Source: Macrostomum lignano (lineage: Eukaryota). Taken from it: a stretch of 64,000 nucleotides of DNA. The notes beneath the pieces are model-generated. The model worked only from the letters and a program-made list of their open reading frames with translations. It was not told the origin of the DNA and ran no database searches. Of this stretch, positions 48,446 to 62,078 are shown one piece after another. Where the stretch lies: assembly GCA_002269645.1 (NCBI GenBank), contig NIVC01000129.1:294755-358754 (forward strand). The letters run 5' to 3'. Position 1 is the first letter of the stretch; each line of letters begins with the position of its first letter. A program made the translations under genes and the position numbers.

Positions 48446-49459
48446 ATCTATTCACATTTTCCAGTTTTTTCTGTCCAGATGTCGTTTCTGAATTCCCTCT
48501 GCCCCGCTTCCCAACTACCCTCTCAGTTGTAGGGTCGCCCTGATGGGGGAGAATGGCGATGGGGTCAATCTCTGCGGAAGCCGGCACGCTAGGATGCGCT
48601 GGGATGACACTGCTGCATTCCCAACTGTCGAATGCGACCCCCACTGTGTCTTTGGGAAGGGATTTTTGCAGGAATCTGACTACTGCTGCAGTTGCTTCAC
48701 ATTTCACACTGTTTATTTTACTGGATCTTCGATTCTGTCTCTCTTTCCACTGCAACTCCGATCCGGTTTCTTTGGAATAAGAATAGATCAGACTAGCTAG
48801 TGATTTTGCTTTCAGAGTTTTCTAACACTGAAACCCCAACCAACCCACCACTTTTAACAGTGTAAAAAATTCATTGCTTGCACCAATATTGCTACTTACA
48901 CTAGTCTGCCTTGCTTATTGCAACAATTTACCTAAAAATGCTCCTGCCTTGAGCTTGGCTTTGGCTTGCTGATTGATTTTCGCAATGCAAAATGTCGCTG
49001 AGTCAATGCGTAAATTTATTCTGCAGTATTTTTTGCCTCCTATCTCTGGTCTTCGCAGTTCAATGTTTGCAGCTGAGCGCTTCTTGTTTTACCGCTTGCA
49101 TGCTTTTTTCTCGCACTGCGTCATACTGTTACTGTAAGTAGAAATGCAAGAGTATATTGAACGCTTTTTTGTTTAAATGTAATAAAGACGAAGTGAAATT
49201 TTCTATTCTAACGAAGTATTCAATGATTTTTTGTAAATTATTATCGATTAATGTTGTCTACAATGGACCTGTGTATTATCGTTCCAATTGTCTATAATTA
49301 AAGTGCAATAAAAATACTATAATCAATATACCAGTAGTAAGTATCAAGCTAGTCAACTCTTAAAACAGTGAATTTCTTAATCGATTTACGGTAAATAAAT
49401 ATAATCATTGTTAACACTGACCTTCTTGCTGTCTGAAATTCAATGGTGACGTTTCATTT

Positions 49460-50300
49460 CGTGAACTTGTGAACTTGTGAACTCGTGAACGCATGAACTT
49501 GTGAACTCTTGAACTTGTGAACTTGTGAACTCGTGAACTTGTGAACTTGTGAACTCGTGAACGCATGAACTTGTGAACTCTTGAACTTGTGAACTTGTGA
49601 ACTCGTGAACTTGTGAACTCGTGAACTTGTGAACTTGTGAACTTGTGAACTCGTGAACTTGTGAACTCGTGAACTTGTGAACTCGTGAACTTGTGAACTC
49701 GTGAACTTGTGAACTCGTGAACTTGTGAACGCGTGAACTCGTGAACTTGTGAACTCGTGAACTTGTGAACTCGTGAACTTGTGAACTCGTGAACTTGTGA
49801 ACTCGTGAACTTGTGAACTCGTGAACTTGTGAACTCGTGAACTTGTGAACTCGTGAACTTGTAAACTCGTAAACGTGTGAACTTGTGAACTCGTGAACTT
49901 GTGAACCCGTGAACTTGTGAACTCGTGAACTTGTGAACTCGTGAACTTGTGAACTCGTGAACTTGTGAACTCGTGAACTTGTGAACTCGTGAACTTGTGA
50001 ACTCGTGAACTTGTGAACTCGTGAACTTGTGAACTCGTGAACTTGTGAACTCGTGAACTTGTGAACTCGTGAACTTGTGAACTCGTGAACTTGTGAACTC
50101 GTGAACTTGTGAACTCGTGAACGCATGAACTTGTGAACTCTTGAACTCGTGAACTTGTGAACTCGTGAACTTGTGAACTCGTGAACTTGTGAACTTGTGA
50201 ACTTGTGAACTCGTGAACTTGTGAACTCGTGAACTTGTGAACTCGTGAACTTGTGAACTCGTTAACTTGTGAACTTGTGAACTCGTGAACTCTTGAATTT
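49460..50300. repeat. 8-bp satellite (gtgaactt/gtgaactc)n
   Basis: About 100 copies, mostly alternating variants giving a 16-bp dimer. Confidence 0.95.
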
Positions 50301-50779
50301 GTGAAATCAGTCATTCATATTAGCAACATTCATTTTGACAGAAAAGCTTACTATTTTTGAAATCACGAATTTAGTATTGTACGAGCTAGTTTAAAAAATC
50401 TTTCGTTTTTTAACGCGTCAGCTCAGCAACTCCATTTGATTTAAACAGACTTAAAATAGCTCGAAAATTTCATTCTTTCTGTCAGAGTTTATCCACGTTG
50501 TCATGACAACATGCAAAACAGTTGTCTCGCCTTCATACACTCCCAATTTGCAAAGCGACTGATGCAGATGAGTGAATGTCCTGCCTGGCTGCTGCTGTTT
50601 TCGACTTCTGTATGGCATTTTACTCGTAATTCTGCTTTCGCTGATTCTCTTCCATGGCGTGGGGTGGTGGGGCCGCGTCAGAGTCGCCTCGCTGCATTGC
50701 TAATTTTGGATCGCATTTGGCCTCCGTGTGCTTGGCTGCACTGTTTGGTGCTGCCTTTTCTCACTGGCTGCATCTGCTT

Positions 50780-50801
50780 GCTTGTCTGTCTGTCTGCTTG
50801 C

Positions 50802-50862
<61 letters not shown>

Positions 50863-50985
50863 ATGTCTATATGTCTGTCTGTCTGTCTGTCTGTCCTTCT
50901 GTCTGTCTGTCTGTCTGTCTGTCTTAGTGTCTGTCTGTCTGTCTGTCTTAGTGTCTGTCTGTCTGTCTTTCAGTCTGTCTGTCCG
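50780..50985. repeat. (TGTC)n microsatellite
   Basis: Degenerate tetranucleotide run. Confidence 0.9.
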
Positions 50986-51638
50986 TCTTTTTCTTTGTAC
51001 TTTTCCTCTCTTGGCTTTCCTTCTGTGTCTATGAATGCCTGTCTGAATGTCTGTGAATGTTCTCTGACAACCTGCCAAACTCACAATCTATACCAACAAA
51101 CTCATACCATAGCCCACAGCTGCCTAACTAAACCCATAAATGTGTTTTTTGAAAAAGGCATACCAAAACACATTAAAGCCTATAAAAGTTTATTAAGGTA
51201 CTTTTATACGCAGCAATAGCATAAACAAGAACCCACACAGATAATTTCGCGTACAACCAGCTATTTGCAGACGTTTTAAACATAACGAAGAAGTGCTAAA
51301 AAACATATTTACAGCGAATTAGAAAATTGGGAATCTTTGACCTACATGTATTCCCGAAAATGCTAAGAATAAAGACGCATGGAAGACGAAAGAATAAAAC
51401 TGAGTACAATGTACAAAGTACTCAGTTTAGGAAACGATGTTGCCTTGATTCAGAATCGGCGCCTATTGGTCCCGCGGCAGGTCGAAGTTCCTGACGCGGG
51501 CTGCTTGAGAGCTGCAGAGTAGTCAACAACTGCCTGCAGAATGCGTATAAATAGTTGGGTCCCAATTCAGTTTGCAATGCAATTAGCAAGCTTAACTTGG
51601 CTCTGGTTCAATAACTCTATCTTAGCACTGCAGTCAGC

Positions 51639-53679
51639 ATGGCTCATTCGCTGCGATTGACTCTGACATTGCGGGCGATCGCTTGCCTTTGCCTGCTGGT
51701 CTCTGTCCCTGCCAGACCCGAGGGTGAGTCTTCTAATTCGTGCTATGCGACCTGCTTTCTCGGCTGTCTTTTTATCCGTCTCGATATCAGTTGGCGTCTG
51801 CGGTCATATTTAGTGTCCATCTGTCTGTCTAAGTGTCTGTTTACAAATAAGGATTCAGACATACATCCCGTAAAACAATCCGACTATCGACAGCAATGAC
51901 AGATATGTACTTTTACATTGCATCCACGGATTACGACGTCATGCTGTCGACGTCGGAATGCTCTACGGGCATTTAAATGTATATTCTTGGCTATTACTAA
52001 GAGAGCTAAGTGATATGCGCTAAAATATACGTTCCTATAATGTTTTATTAGCCATGCGAGTATTAACGATTCTCACTTAGGTCGCGGCGGACGGGTGCAT
52101 CAGCAGAGATCAAGGCCGGCTACTGCTGCCTCGCTGTTGTCAACTAACGAGTTCTGCCGCCAGGGCCTGTTCGTGCACTCCACGAACCCGCCAAGTTCGC
52201 TGATGCTGTCGCTGCTCTGTCCGCCCAAAATCAACTGCAGCCGCTGGGCCCCGCCGGGCACTGCTCGATACGACATCAGGTGCATGGTGAAACAGGTGAC
52301 GGAAATATCGTATAACAATCTGTCCGTTTTCCTATCTAAATTCCGGGGGCAAAGTATACGCAATATTTAGTTATTTTACATTAACTTCGGGCTTGTGCAC
52401 GAAAACTGATCCAGTTGAAGCAATTGTGCAATTCTGACTTTTAAGGGCAAACTCCCAAGACGAGGAGAGTGTACATGCCATGCCTTTGACTTACTTGACT
52501 TAGCTGCAGGGGGCTCCGTGCGTCCGGAAACAGCGAGGAGGCGTTGCCGCCCATTTCGCTAACCCCTGGCGACCACGGGCAGCCTCCATGAGTCGCTGAA
52601 AGGCGAATGGGGACTAGAAGTGAGAAGCTGCTGGGCCGTAACCCCAAACCCAACAGCCAGCCAAAAGATAGCGACCGGGGGGTGGCTTAAGCCCTTACCG
52701 GCCCGACCGCTAGCAACCGAGAAACTCCCCGGCTAAGAGCCCGGCTTGGAGAACCAGAGGCCGAACCAAAGGACCATCAGCGCGGTACTACACTGGGCCC
52801 TTGAGGGAGACAAAAGGCTGTCCCCGGAGCCTGCGGACTGGCCGCATACCCTGTTAAGATCAGAGGGTGATACCTGTTCCTCAGAGCCGTGGCCAGAGGT
52901 ACCTGATACGCACATGTTCACTTCCGGGCGGAGCCCGTACCCAACACAGCCAAGACCGAGGTCAAGACTACGGGTGGGTTTGCTGCCGCCGGAGCCCAGT
53001 CAGTCCAGCAGCCCTAGGGCTGTCTTGAACACATGAGGGACGTGGAGAGTTCTCCTGCCATTCCTGCACCAGAATAGAGGGGGTGCAGGTGTGTAGGATC
53101 GCAGACCTTAGCTCATAAGCCTGGTCTGTCTCATGATACACAGGCGTGCTGAACCCACCAATACATGCACATGCCATGCCTGAATGATAAAGACAAAGTC
53201 AGGGCCGTTGCACGTAATGTGCGAGTGTATGCATATCTATGATTTATGTACGGTATAATGCATCCGCCTGGGTGTGCCTATTTAGGGGCCAGAGAAATTA
53301 ACATAACGGCTTGCCTTCTCGCTAACTCCTCCCTCGATGACGTGATCTAAATCTGTTGATCTGCGACTTAGTTTTGCGATCTGCGATCTGCGATTATTTT
53401 TAGGGCGGATGAGGGTTTAAGCATGATTACACAAACGTGCTTATTTTTGATTACCTACCACAGTTGGATTTCAACGATGCTCGCGGTGTAGAGTGGGACA
53501 GGTCGCTGGTTTACCAATTCGCCTGCGGCACTGTGAGCAGCTGCATGAGCACCGAGGCCGAGGCCAACTCCAACCAGCTGTGCTATCTGGCTAGCGATGC
53601 CCTAGATCTGGCTGCCAAGCACTATCCAGTGATTGAGGCTGAGCCTAGCACCGAAGTTGTGGCGATCAACTGCGCCTAA
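51639..53679 (+). CDS. Small secreted cysteine-rich protein, 171 aa, no recognisable family
   Basis: TATAAATA at about 51545. Exons 51639-51723 (hydrophobic signal peptide), 52081-52295 and 53464-53679 (TAA); GT-AG, phases 1 and 0, 516 nt; 8 Cys after the signal peptide. Confidence 0.8.
52473..53181 (-). mobile_element. Probable 5'-truncated non-LTR/SINE-like insertion in an intron
   Basis: GC-rich block of about 680 bp flanked by a 13-bp direct repeat ACATGCCATGCCT (52473-52485 and 53169-53181), with a short AAGTC/AAGT tandem tail on the minus strand. Confidence 0.55.
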
Positions 53680-54149
53680 ACAAGTTGCCAAGCGAATGTT
53701 TTTGATTGTAGACTAAAGTGTACCAATTTATTCATCAAGATGGTAAAGACACATATCCCAGTATGTCACCAATGCTGTAATTACATTAGAATTGCATGTT
53801 CTGCAGTTCAGTGTACCTCAATAATGCACAGCCTGTAAATACAGGTATTCTGTAAGTGGAAGAAAATACACGAATTAAAATGCATGTACCTGGTACCATT
53901 ATTGTCTGCAAACGACAAAGCTATATGTATAGCTATATGCAAGAGTTGAAATCGAAGCATTCTGTTGTGATTTTGAATTTCTACGCTTGAAATAAACCTG
54001 CCTAATTTATTGCCAGCCGTGGTTAACATGAAAAAACTCATGTTCAATTTACTTAGATGTGCTGTATATTTGTGTTTTTTGTGGATACATGTATCAAGGT
54101 TGACATACACTTCTTCCACAAGACTTCCACCAGCCGGAGAGCTTGTCAA

Positions 54150-55200
54150 GGAATCGGTTCCAGGAGATTCTTCCCTTCCTGCGTTGCTACGAGTATACCA
54201 TATGACTGCCGCGACTTCTATGACAGCGACTGCCTGCACAAAATTCGGTCTTTCATTGAAATGATACAGGCAATATTTGCCAGAGTTTACGCTCCATAGG
54301 GGGAGGTGAGCGTCGATGAGACGCTCGTGCTGTACAAGGGAAGATTGTTGCTGCGACAGTACATTCCAAGCAAGAAGATGCGGTACGGCCTGAAGCCGTA
54401 CTGCCTCACTGAGGCATCCGCAGCTACCTGGTACGATGCCTCCTGCACAGTACTGCAACACAGTACGCACGTTTTGGCGATGGAGGAATGCAGTGTGACG
54501 GCCTGTCGATGACGAGAGGACGGTGGTGGAGCTGAGCCGTGACCTGCTGGATGTGGGCTATCACGTGTTCTGCGACAATTTGGTTGTCGTCCTATCGCCT
54601 GGCGACTTTCCTGGCTGCAGCGTGGTACACCATGACAGGCACCGTGCGCAAGGACAGAGGGGTCGCCAGTTGCCCTACAGGAGAATAAACGAGTGCTTGC
54701 ACCGGAACACAGTTTCATGTGCAAGGGCTGCACGCTGGACTGGGAAACCGTGACAGGAAGGCCAGTGTAATGAAACGGTGTACCTACTGGACAATAAAGA
54801 GGCGTCCCATCTTTGGATGCATCCCAAAGACTGATCCGACGCGGAGGAGTTAATGAGAGAATCCTTCAGAGCACGTCAGTGGCTGCATACAAAAATGCAT
54901 GGGAGGTGCCGATTGCCTGGACGCCTCTCTCAGCACGTACAACGCAAACAGACGAACCTAAGAGTGGTTTCACAAGCTGCTGTTTCACTGCATGCTGCAG
55001 CTGGTGCAAAATGCAAGCAAAGTGCGCAGGATGCGAGCCGTTCCTTTCATTCCTGTGCGCCAGCATCCACTGACCACTGACTCGCAGCCGCGACCTTCGA
55101 AGCGATGCAGAGTCTGCTGGAGGAATGGGCGACAGAAGAAGACCGTGTTCACCTGCACTGCCTGCCCAGACTTCCCAGCTCTCTGTATGCTGACCCGTGC
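54150..55200 (+). pseudogene. Degenerate piggyBac-family transposase
   Basis: Fragments LHKIRSFIEM..FARVYAP, VDETLVLYKGRLLLRQYIPSK..RYGLK, GYHVFCDN and a C-terminal Cys-rich KRCRVC..TVFTCTACPDFPALC, with multiple stops and frameshifts. TIRs not found. Confidence 0.85.
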
Positions 55201-55337
55201 TTTTAGCATTGGCACATTAACAATTGATGGTTCGACTGCCGCTGCACTTCGAGGTCGTACTCTGTACTCACTGAGCAGATTGAACTGTTGCCGGGTTCAC
55301 ATTCTACGTTTTTTCACTCAACTGATAATTTTTCCAC

Positions 55338-57695
55338 GTGTTGGTCACCTTTGCGGGCTGCAAGAGAAGGCGGCGGAACGCACGCGGGCGGAATGCCACG
55401 AGGAGACTGGCGCAACTCGATCATGCGCTGGTTCGCACTCGCGAGCGCCGCCGCGTCACCAACTGCGACACCATGGCTCCGCTGGCTCTCCGGTCAGACC
55501 ACCGACTCCTGATCTGCGACTTGCGGCTCCGCGACCAGCTCTACCGACCGCCAAAGCAGCGGCCACGGTGCTACTATCGCGCACTGTTGGACACCCGCGT
55601 GAAGCGTCAATTCGCGGGTGCCTTCGTCAGCGCGCTTGGAGACCAGCGCGAGGCGGAGTATTCCGACATCAGCACCGTTGTTAGAGCTGCTGCAGAGCAG
55701 ACGGTCCCGCTGATGCGGCCAGCGCAAAAATCGTTGCCTGTCTGGCAGAGCGACCCCACCATCAGGCAGGCGCGGCTCAACATCGAGCGACTCCGCAGAA
55801 ACCGGAGGCCCACAGGCGAAGCTGAAGACGCATTTGAGCGCCTTCTTGACGAGCGGCAGCAGGCCGCTGTCGACGACGCCATTAGGTCCATCACTGCAGC
55901 CGGCCCCGACGTGAAGAGCCGCGCAGTGTGGACGGCCGTCCGGACTCTGACGGGGCGCAAAAAGCGCGTGGCGCTGAATCTGGCCGGCGACACTCCGGAG
56001 GAGCGCAGGAATGAATTGCGCGACTTCTTCGCCGGCATCGTGAACGCGCCCGCATCGCCGCTGCCCGCCAGCTTTGCGCTCCCACTGGACACGCCGCTCC
56101 CAGCTGAGGAGGACTTCTGCACCAGACCAGTCACCACGGAGGACGTTGTGCTGTTCGCTCGGAAAACATCAGGCGGCAAGGCGCTCGGCCCCGACGAAGT
56201 CCCGGTCGAAGCGCTGCGGCTCCGCTGTGTGGCCTCCCAGGTCACAGGCGCCATGAACCGCGTGCTCGCCGGCGCTCCTGCGCCCACCGAGTGGACCGTC
56301 GCGCACATCGTGCCAATCCCGAAGAAGGCAGGGACAACGCGGAAAGAAGACCACCGCGGGATCTCGCTGATGTCCTGCACCGCGAAGCTCTTCAACCGGC
56401 TGCTGCTCGATCGTCTCCAGTCGGTGCTGGACCCGTACCTGCGGTACGAGCAGAACGGATTCCGGCCGCAACGCGGTACAGTGACACAGATCCTCGCACT
56501 CCGCCGTGTCATCGAGGAGGCGCGCATCCGCCAGTCTACGCTGATCATTGTCTTCGTTGACTTCCGAAAGGCGTTTGACTCGGTGTTGAGAGCCGCTCTC
56601 CCCTTCGTCCTTCGAGCCTACCGGGTGCCCCAGCAGCTAATCGACGCTGTCATGGCGCTGTATTGCAATACTCGAGCTGCTGTGGTGACGGCGGACGGCC
56701 TGTCTGACCTGTTCGACACCTCATCAGGAGTTCTGCAGGGAGACACCTTGACGCCGTTCCTCTTCGTGCTGCTGCTGGACTGGGTGCTTCGGACCGCACT
56801 CCCCTCGGCTGACGACGGCTTCCTGCTGCGCAGACGCATCGGTCACCGCCACGGCGAAAAGCGCCTGAGCGTGCTTGGCTACGCCGACGACCTCGCCCTC
56901 CTGTCCTCGTCTGTTGGAGGCGCCCAACGCCAGATCGACAGGTTGGTCGAGGTAGCATCGAGCGTCGGTCTGGTTGTCAACACGCTAAAGACCGAGGTGC
57001 TGACTGTGCCGGCCGACATCCCAGCAGACCTGACATGCCGCGGCGCAGACGGGCAGACGACCAGGCTCGCACGCTGCCAGCGGTTCACCTACCTCGGCGG
57101 TCTGGTGCCCCACGTGGAAGAAGACCTCCGGCGGCGCAGAGGACTTGCCTGGGCGGCCTTTCGTTCGATCCGAGCCGTCCTCCAGTCCGAAGCGCTGTTA
57201 TAGAGCAGAGGGCTCGGCTGTGGCAGGCGGTGGTCAAAACCGTCCTGCTCTACAACGCCGAGACGTGGACGCTGACGGCTACGTTGGAGCGGCAGCTGGA
57301 CTCGGCGCACTCAGGGCTGCTCCGTGCGGCCTTTCGAGCTGACGAGAGCGTCGGGACCGAGGCCCTGTACGATCGGGCCAAGCTGCAGCGCCCGTCCACC
57401 ATCCTGCGCCGACGGCGACTCCAACTGGCGGGCCACGTGATCCGGGCCGAGGGCTACTGCCCCCAACCCGTTCAGGACGTCCTGCTGCTCACCTTGCAGG
57501 GCCCGTTCAGGCGGGGTCAGGCCCGAACCCGTCGATACGTGGACTGCCTGCTGTGCGACGCTGGGGCGCCCGACACTGCCAACGGAGCGGATTTCGTTCG
57601 CTCCCAGGCTCTGCGGCGCGCTATCTGACGCGCCCTGCTCTAACTGACTTTGCTTGCGGGGCCGCGTATTTTGTTGTTGTTGTTGTTGTTGTGTT
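55338..57695 (+). mobile_element. 5'-truncated non-LTR retrotransposon (RTE-like LINE)
   Basis: APE C-terminus (QLDH..SDHRLL) and RT motifs (RGISL, EQNGFR, FVDFRKAFDSV, GVLQGDTL, YADD, FTYLG). A 1-nt frameshift near 57198 continues LLYNAETWTL...LAGHV to a stop at 57628; (TTG)n tail at 57670-57692. Confidence 0.93.
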
Positions 57696-57714
57696 GTGCA
57701 CTTGTACGGTGCCT

Positions 57715-58530
57715 GTGTACCTGCCTCCCAGCGGGCTGAGTCACCCCTCAACTAGTTGTTTACAGTACTTTTTGTTATTCCCCCCCTTTGCGTTGCCGCA
57801 GCCAGAGGCTTAAGTCGGTGTGAGTTTTGGCATTTGTTCGCTCGCCCTGCGTGGCGATTGGTCGCGGCCAGCCAGTCGCGTAGTGATTGGCTGGGCCGGT
57901 GGTGGGCGTGGTGCTGCCGTCCCCGGGGTGGGGGGGTTGGCTGGGGGTTGGTGGGGTGGCGGAGTTGAGAGCGCGTGGCCCTCCCCCCTCTGCGGGCGTG
58001 TGCTTTTTAACATCGCTCGCGGCGGGTTGGAGCGGGGCGCGTCTCGACTGTCCCCTCTCTGTGAACTCGGCTTTTCGTCAGAGCTATATACAGCCCAAGT
58101 TACGATCGGACCCCTTGATAAAGAAATACACTGAAAAAGGCCATCTACCTGAGCCCTGAGCGACAGCCACCAGCTAAGTAAGTGCGCGTCCTGTCTTCTT
58201 TCTTTCGGTTGCCTAGGGGGCAGAGTCCGTGTGCATGTCCGGACGCCGACTCAGCTAGTTGGGGTTGATACGTCAGAAGGATACCTACCGTACGCCTCTA
58301 CGCCTCTACGCCAGCCAGTGCGTCCCGACGCCTCGCTGAAGGCGGCCCGCACCACTGCGTCCCGACGCGTGGGAAGGCTGCGTGGGTGCGTCCTGACGCC
58401 CCAGACTGTCAGGGGAAGTGCTCGCCCTAGCGCCCGTGCGCAGGCTTAGCAAGGACCCGATTGTGCTGTACCCTGTAGGACCACCCTACTGCCGGGCCGG
58501 GGGGCGGCAGGGATACAACACACGTTTTTC
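57715..58530 (+). mobile_element. Possible solo-LTR or promoter-bearing repeat
   Basis: GC-rich, with two ATTGG boxes, TATATA at about 58085, GTAAGT at about 58177, and an ...GATACAACA end with only weak similarity to the left end. Boundaries and TSD are not established. Confidence 0.3.
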
Positions 58531-59755
58531 TTGCATTCCTATTGTTCATGAGTTCATTGTTTAACTGGTCATATTGTTCATCTGGTCATTACTCCAACTT
58601 AATTGCGCAACACACATACACTAATGAGCTTGTGCTTGTAAAAATGGGTGCCGTTTTTTGATGGCTGCGATGCAGCCACAGTGGGTTTTCTCAGAGTGAG
58701 CGGGAGGGTGCCGCTGGTGCTGCCACAGACAGCTGCGGCTGCGGGCATTCAGCGGATGGCGGATGTCTGCAGAGCAGCCAGTGGGGTTTGACGGTGTTTT
58801 GAGTAGTCACTTGACTTATTTTTGTACTTTTGCATACACGTAGCTAATCAAAGGACAGCTTGAGCATGCATTGACGCTAGTCAGTGCTTTTAGATCATAT
58901 TTTGCCTGTGGTAAAAACTATCGCAAATTTTATTTCACTCTATAGCCTAGCGTTCTAGCGTCACTTCTGGCTAATGTCCTTGCGTTCTGGAAATAAATGT
59001 CCACGACGTGTAGATGTCCACAATTAATTTAGAAAAACAGCATACTGTTGTGTAGTTGGTTTGCAGATATGTACATTTGCTATGTACATCTGTTTTCCGA
59101 TATTGATCTGTCGCAGCTAAATGAATATATAAGTATAAATATACCAGTCGGTAGGCCAACTTGGGCTAAGTTCGTGTGTACCCCTAAATTCAGTCTGACT
59201 TTCTCAACACAACATTGGCATCGCAAGCTAGGCCAACCCCCCACAATTTGGGGTTTTGACTTTTCACTAACAAGTTGAGTGCCAGCCCAGCCTAAAAGGC
59301 CGCCACTGCGAAGTAAACAAGCGACAAACAGCAAAAGTACACAGTGCTCAGAATGTCCCAGTCAACGACAGCTCCTAGCACATCGGAGGTGCCAAGGATC
59401 AACATCTCGCCACCAGAGCAATTCCTGCCTCAACCGGGACCGCCAACGAGGCCGTGGAATGAGTGGAAGAGCCTGTTTGACAAATACTTAATGGCGGCGG
59501 GCTTCGACACTCTACCAGACGTGAGAAAGCGAGCCCTGCTTCTGCACTGCCTGGGTGCGGAAGGACAGCGGATCTATGTATTGGTTTCCCGACAGACATT
59601 CAGACAGACATTCAGAAATCGTTCATTAAATGTTTAACAAAATTGTCTATTTATTACGCAAGATACTGTGAATTTATAGAAACTTTTACGCATGTCTCTG
59701 CTTTAAAAAGACACCTCAGACACACACAAAGACGCTTCACAAGCTGAGATATTCC

Positions 59756-62068
59756 CTAGCAACTGTTGTTACGACGTTTCCCAATATACCGAATACTGTA
59801 TATAGTAGTTTTTTGAGAAGCCGCTACATCGTCCCACTTTGAACTTTCTGCATGAAATTTGCACAGCTGTTTTACGCATGTCTCTGCTTTAAAAAGACAA
59901 GTGAACGCAGACAACACAGTGCACTTATCAAGAAACAAATTGCGGCCAAATAAGCAGGTCAGAACGCCACATGAAAACGTATCTTTTTGCTGGGTGCACA
60001 TTCTTACTACACTTCTAAACTTTCTACCCCTAAGGTGCTCCATCTGCTCAGGGAGAAACGTAGAAGCAGCTGAAGAAGCAAGGAGCTCACTAAAATTAGA
60101 AAATGGCACGTAAGTTCAGTTAATATGCCTTGCAAATTCCAAAGCCCCCCTTCTCGTGTACATTTTACCTACTTCAATGTGGCAGTATAGTTCAACGCCA
60201 GTTGCTTTCTTCTGTCACTCCGACGTATGGAGTCCAGATAGTGCACTGTGAGATCGTCGAAGAACACAGCCAAAAGCCAAAAATGGCTTTGCGTAAGCAT
60301 CGGGACCAGAATTTTCTTCACTGTCTAAAATTTTTTATAATTAATTCTTCAGAATTATAGAATTGTTGCAGGATTGTTCCACCTCTGCATGTGGATATCA
60401 ACTATACTCGTAGCAATGGTCGATGGTGAAACCAACATCAGATTAAAAGTTAAAATTTCACATTATGCTTACCGCTCGACCAAGGAAATAGTTCCGAAGA
60501 GATTCAATGTGCTGAGAGCCTTTGCTACCACCGTCTAGCAAGGAAAGAAAATCGCTCTGCTGCATAGCAACTCCATCTGCTCCGCTAGCAATTGCAGCCA
60601 AGTAGCCGTACACAACCTGATAATATTTTTAATACCTTCTACACATTAAATTACGTACATAGCGTAATGCTATGACGCAAAGCACTTCCTACAAATTTCT
60701 TACCGCATAGTCCAGCCAGTTCGTACCATTGAGTGATGCTAATTGCTCTTCTGAAATTGGCGTTCCTCTTACATCTCGTAGAGCCGAAATTTTTGAGCTG
60801 GGCGGTTGGTGAGAGTCGCGTGGCAGTTGCTGAGAGTCGCATGGCGGTTGCTGAGAGTCGCGTGGCAGTTGCTGAGAGTCGCGTGGCGGTTGCTGAGAGT
60901 CGCGTGGCGGTTGCTGAGAGTCGCGTGGCGGTTGCTGAGACTCGCGTGGCGGTTGCTGAGAGTCGCGTGGCGGTTGCTGAGAGTCGCGTGGCAGTTGCTG
61001 AGAGTCGCGTGGCGGTTGCTGAGAGTCGCGTGGCGGTTGCTGAGACTCGCGTGGCGGTTGCTGAGAGTCGCGTGGCGGTTGCTGAGACTCGCGTGGCGGT
61101 TGCTGAGAGTCGCGTGGCGGTTGCTGAGAGTCGCGTGGCGGTTGCTGAGAGTCGCGTGGCGGTTGCTGAGAGTCGCGTGGCGGTTGCTGAGAGTCGCGTG
61201 GCGGTTGCTGAGAGTCGCGTGGCGGTTGCTGAGAGTCGAGTGGCGATTTTGGAAACTCACAGGGGGGAGGCTGTGACTTTGTTCGTGGTGTCTGCCTACT
61301 GTTTGAGTATCTGCATCGTTTTTTGCCCCAGCTTTCTTCAGCCCCATCAGCTGTCTCCGCCGCGGCCTTCCTTTTTCGTTGGCAAAATCGTGGTGGAGCA
61401 ACTTGCCGAAGTAATTTCGCCTCCTTTATCCTTTCATGACAGAAACTTGCGGTTAATTTCGAGAACTCTGCGACAGAGACGGGTAGCTGAAATTTGGATT
61501 TTATTCTCTTAAACCAGCTCTCAATGTGAGCATTTGAAAAAGGAGACTTCACGCGGCTTTCCAAGAATTCATGGTTCCAGACGCAGGCAGCCCATAAGGG
61601 AAAGTAGGAGAGGTATCGGATGACAAACATTTCGACTATTTCCGGTGAATGCAATTCGTTATCGATAGCAACTTCCTCCACTTCCACAGTGCTATTAGCG
61701 ATTGATGTCCTCCATGCATTAAAGTACTCATAAAAGGGCGATCGTTTGTATAATGAACTATTCGTTTCGTCCTCATTAGTACTGTCATTGTCTTCGTGAT
61801 CTCCTTCCTCTGACTGTCCGTCTGAGTTGGTCCCTTGCTCATCATCTTTGCTGTTATAGGGTTTGGACATTATACGCTGGCATACTTTCGCAGACTTTGT
61901 CAAAAAAATGTTCATTGCATCCCGAATTGTTGACTTAACTTCTTCTACAACCTTAATAGTCATAACTCTGTAGAAGTATCTCAAAAAAGTGTCCCTGATT
62001 CGCTTTGAATACTTCTTCTGCTTTAGATACCGGCTTACTGAATGCATTAGATGATTTGTACAGAGCAT
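59756..62068 (-). CDS. MULE transposase C-terminal half spliced to a Ulp1/C48-family protease domain (N-terminally deleted)
   Basis: Exons 62068-60704, 60616-60473, 60324-60173 and 60089-59756 (GT-AG, in phase). Transposase motifs LCTNH, YLSYFPLW, SNAHIESWF; C48 motifs WLD..V, KILVP..SHFWLL, YLDS, QQKDTFSCGV. Confidence 0.82.
60810..61245. repeat. 21-bp coding minisatellite (SQQPPRD)n in the transposase-protease linker
   Basis: About 21 copies of gttgctgagagtcgcgtggcg, in frame. Confidence 0.95.
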
Positions 62069-62078
62069 TCAGGCAACC

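Noticed and set aside
43950-49150. Scattered exon-like pieces (44015-44203, 47610-47755 'PDSLSDIEFADSDSD**', 48432-48755, 48915-49135)
   Set aside because: They could not be joined into a consistent model or matched to a family; possibly decayed TE or gene remnants.
52441-55240. TTAA-bounded piggyBac termini
   Set aside because: Several TTAA sites are present but no matching CCC...GGG inverted pair could be identified.
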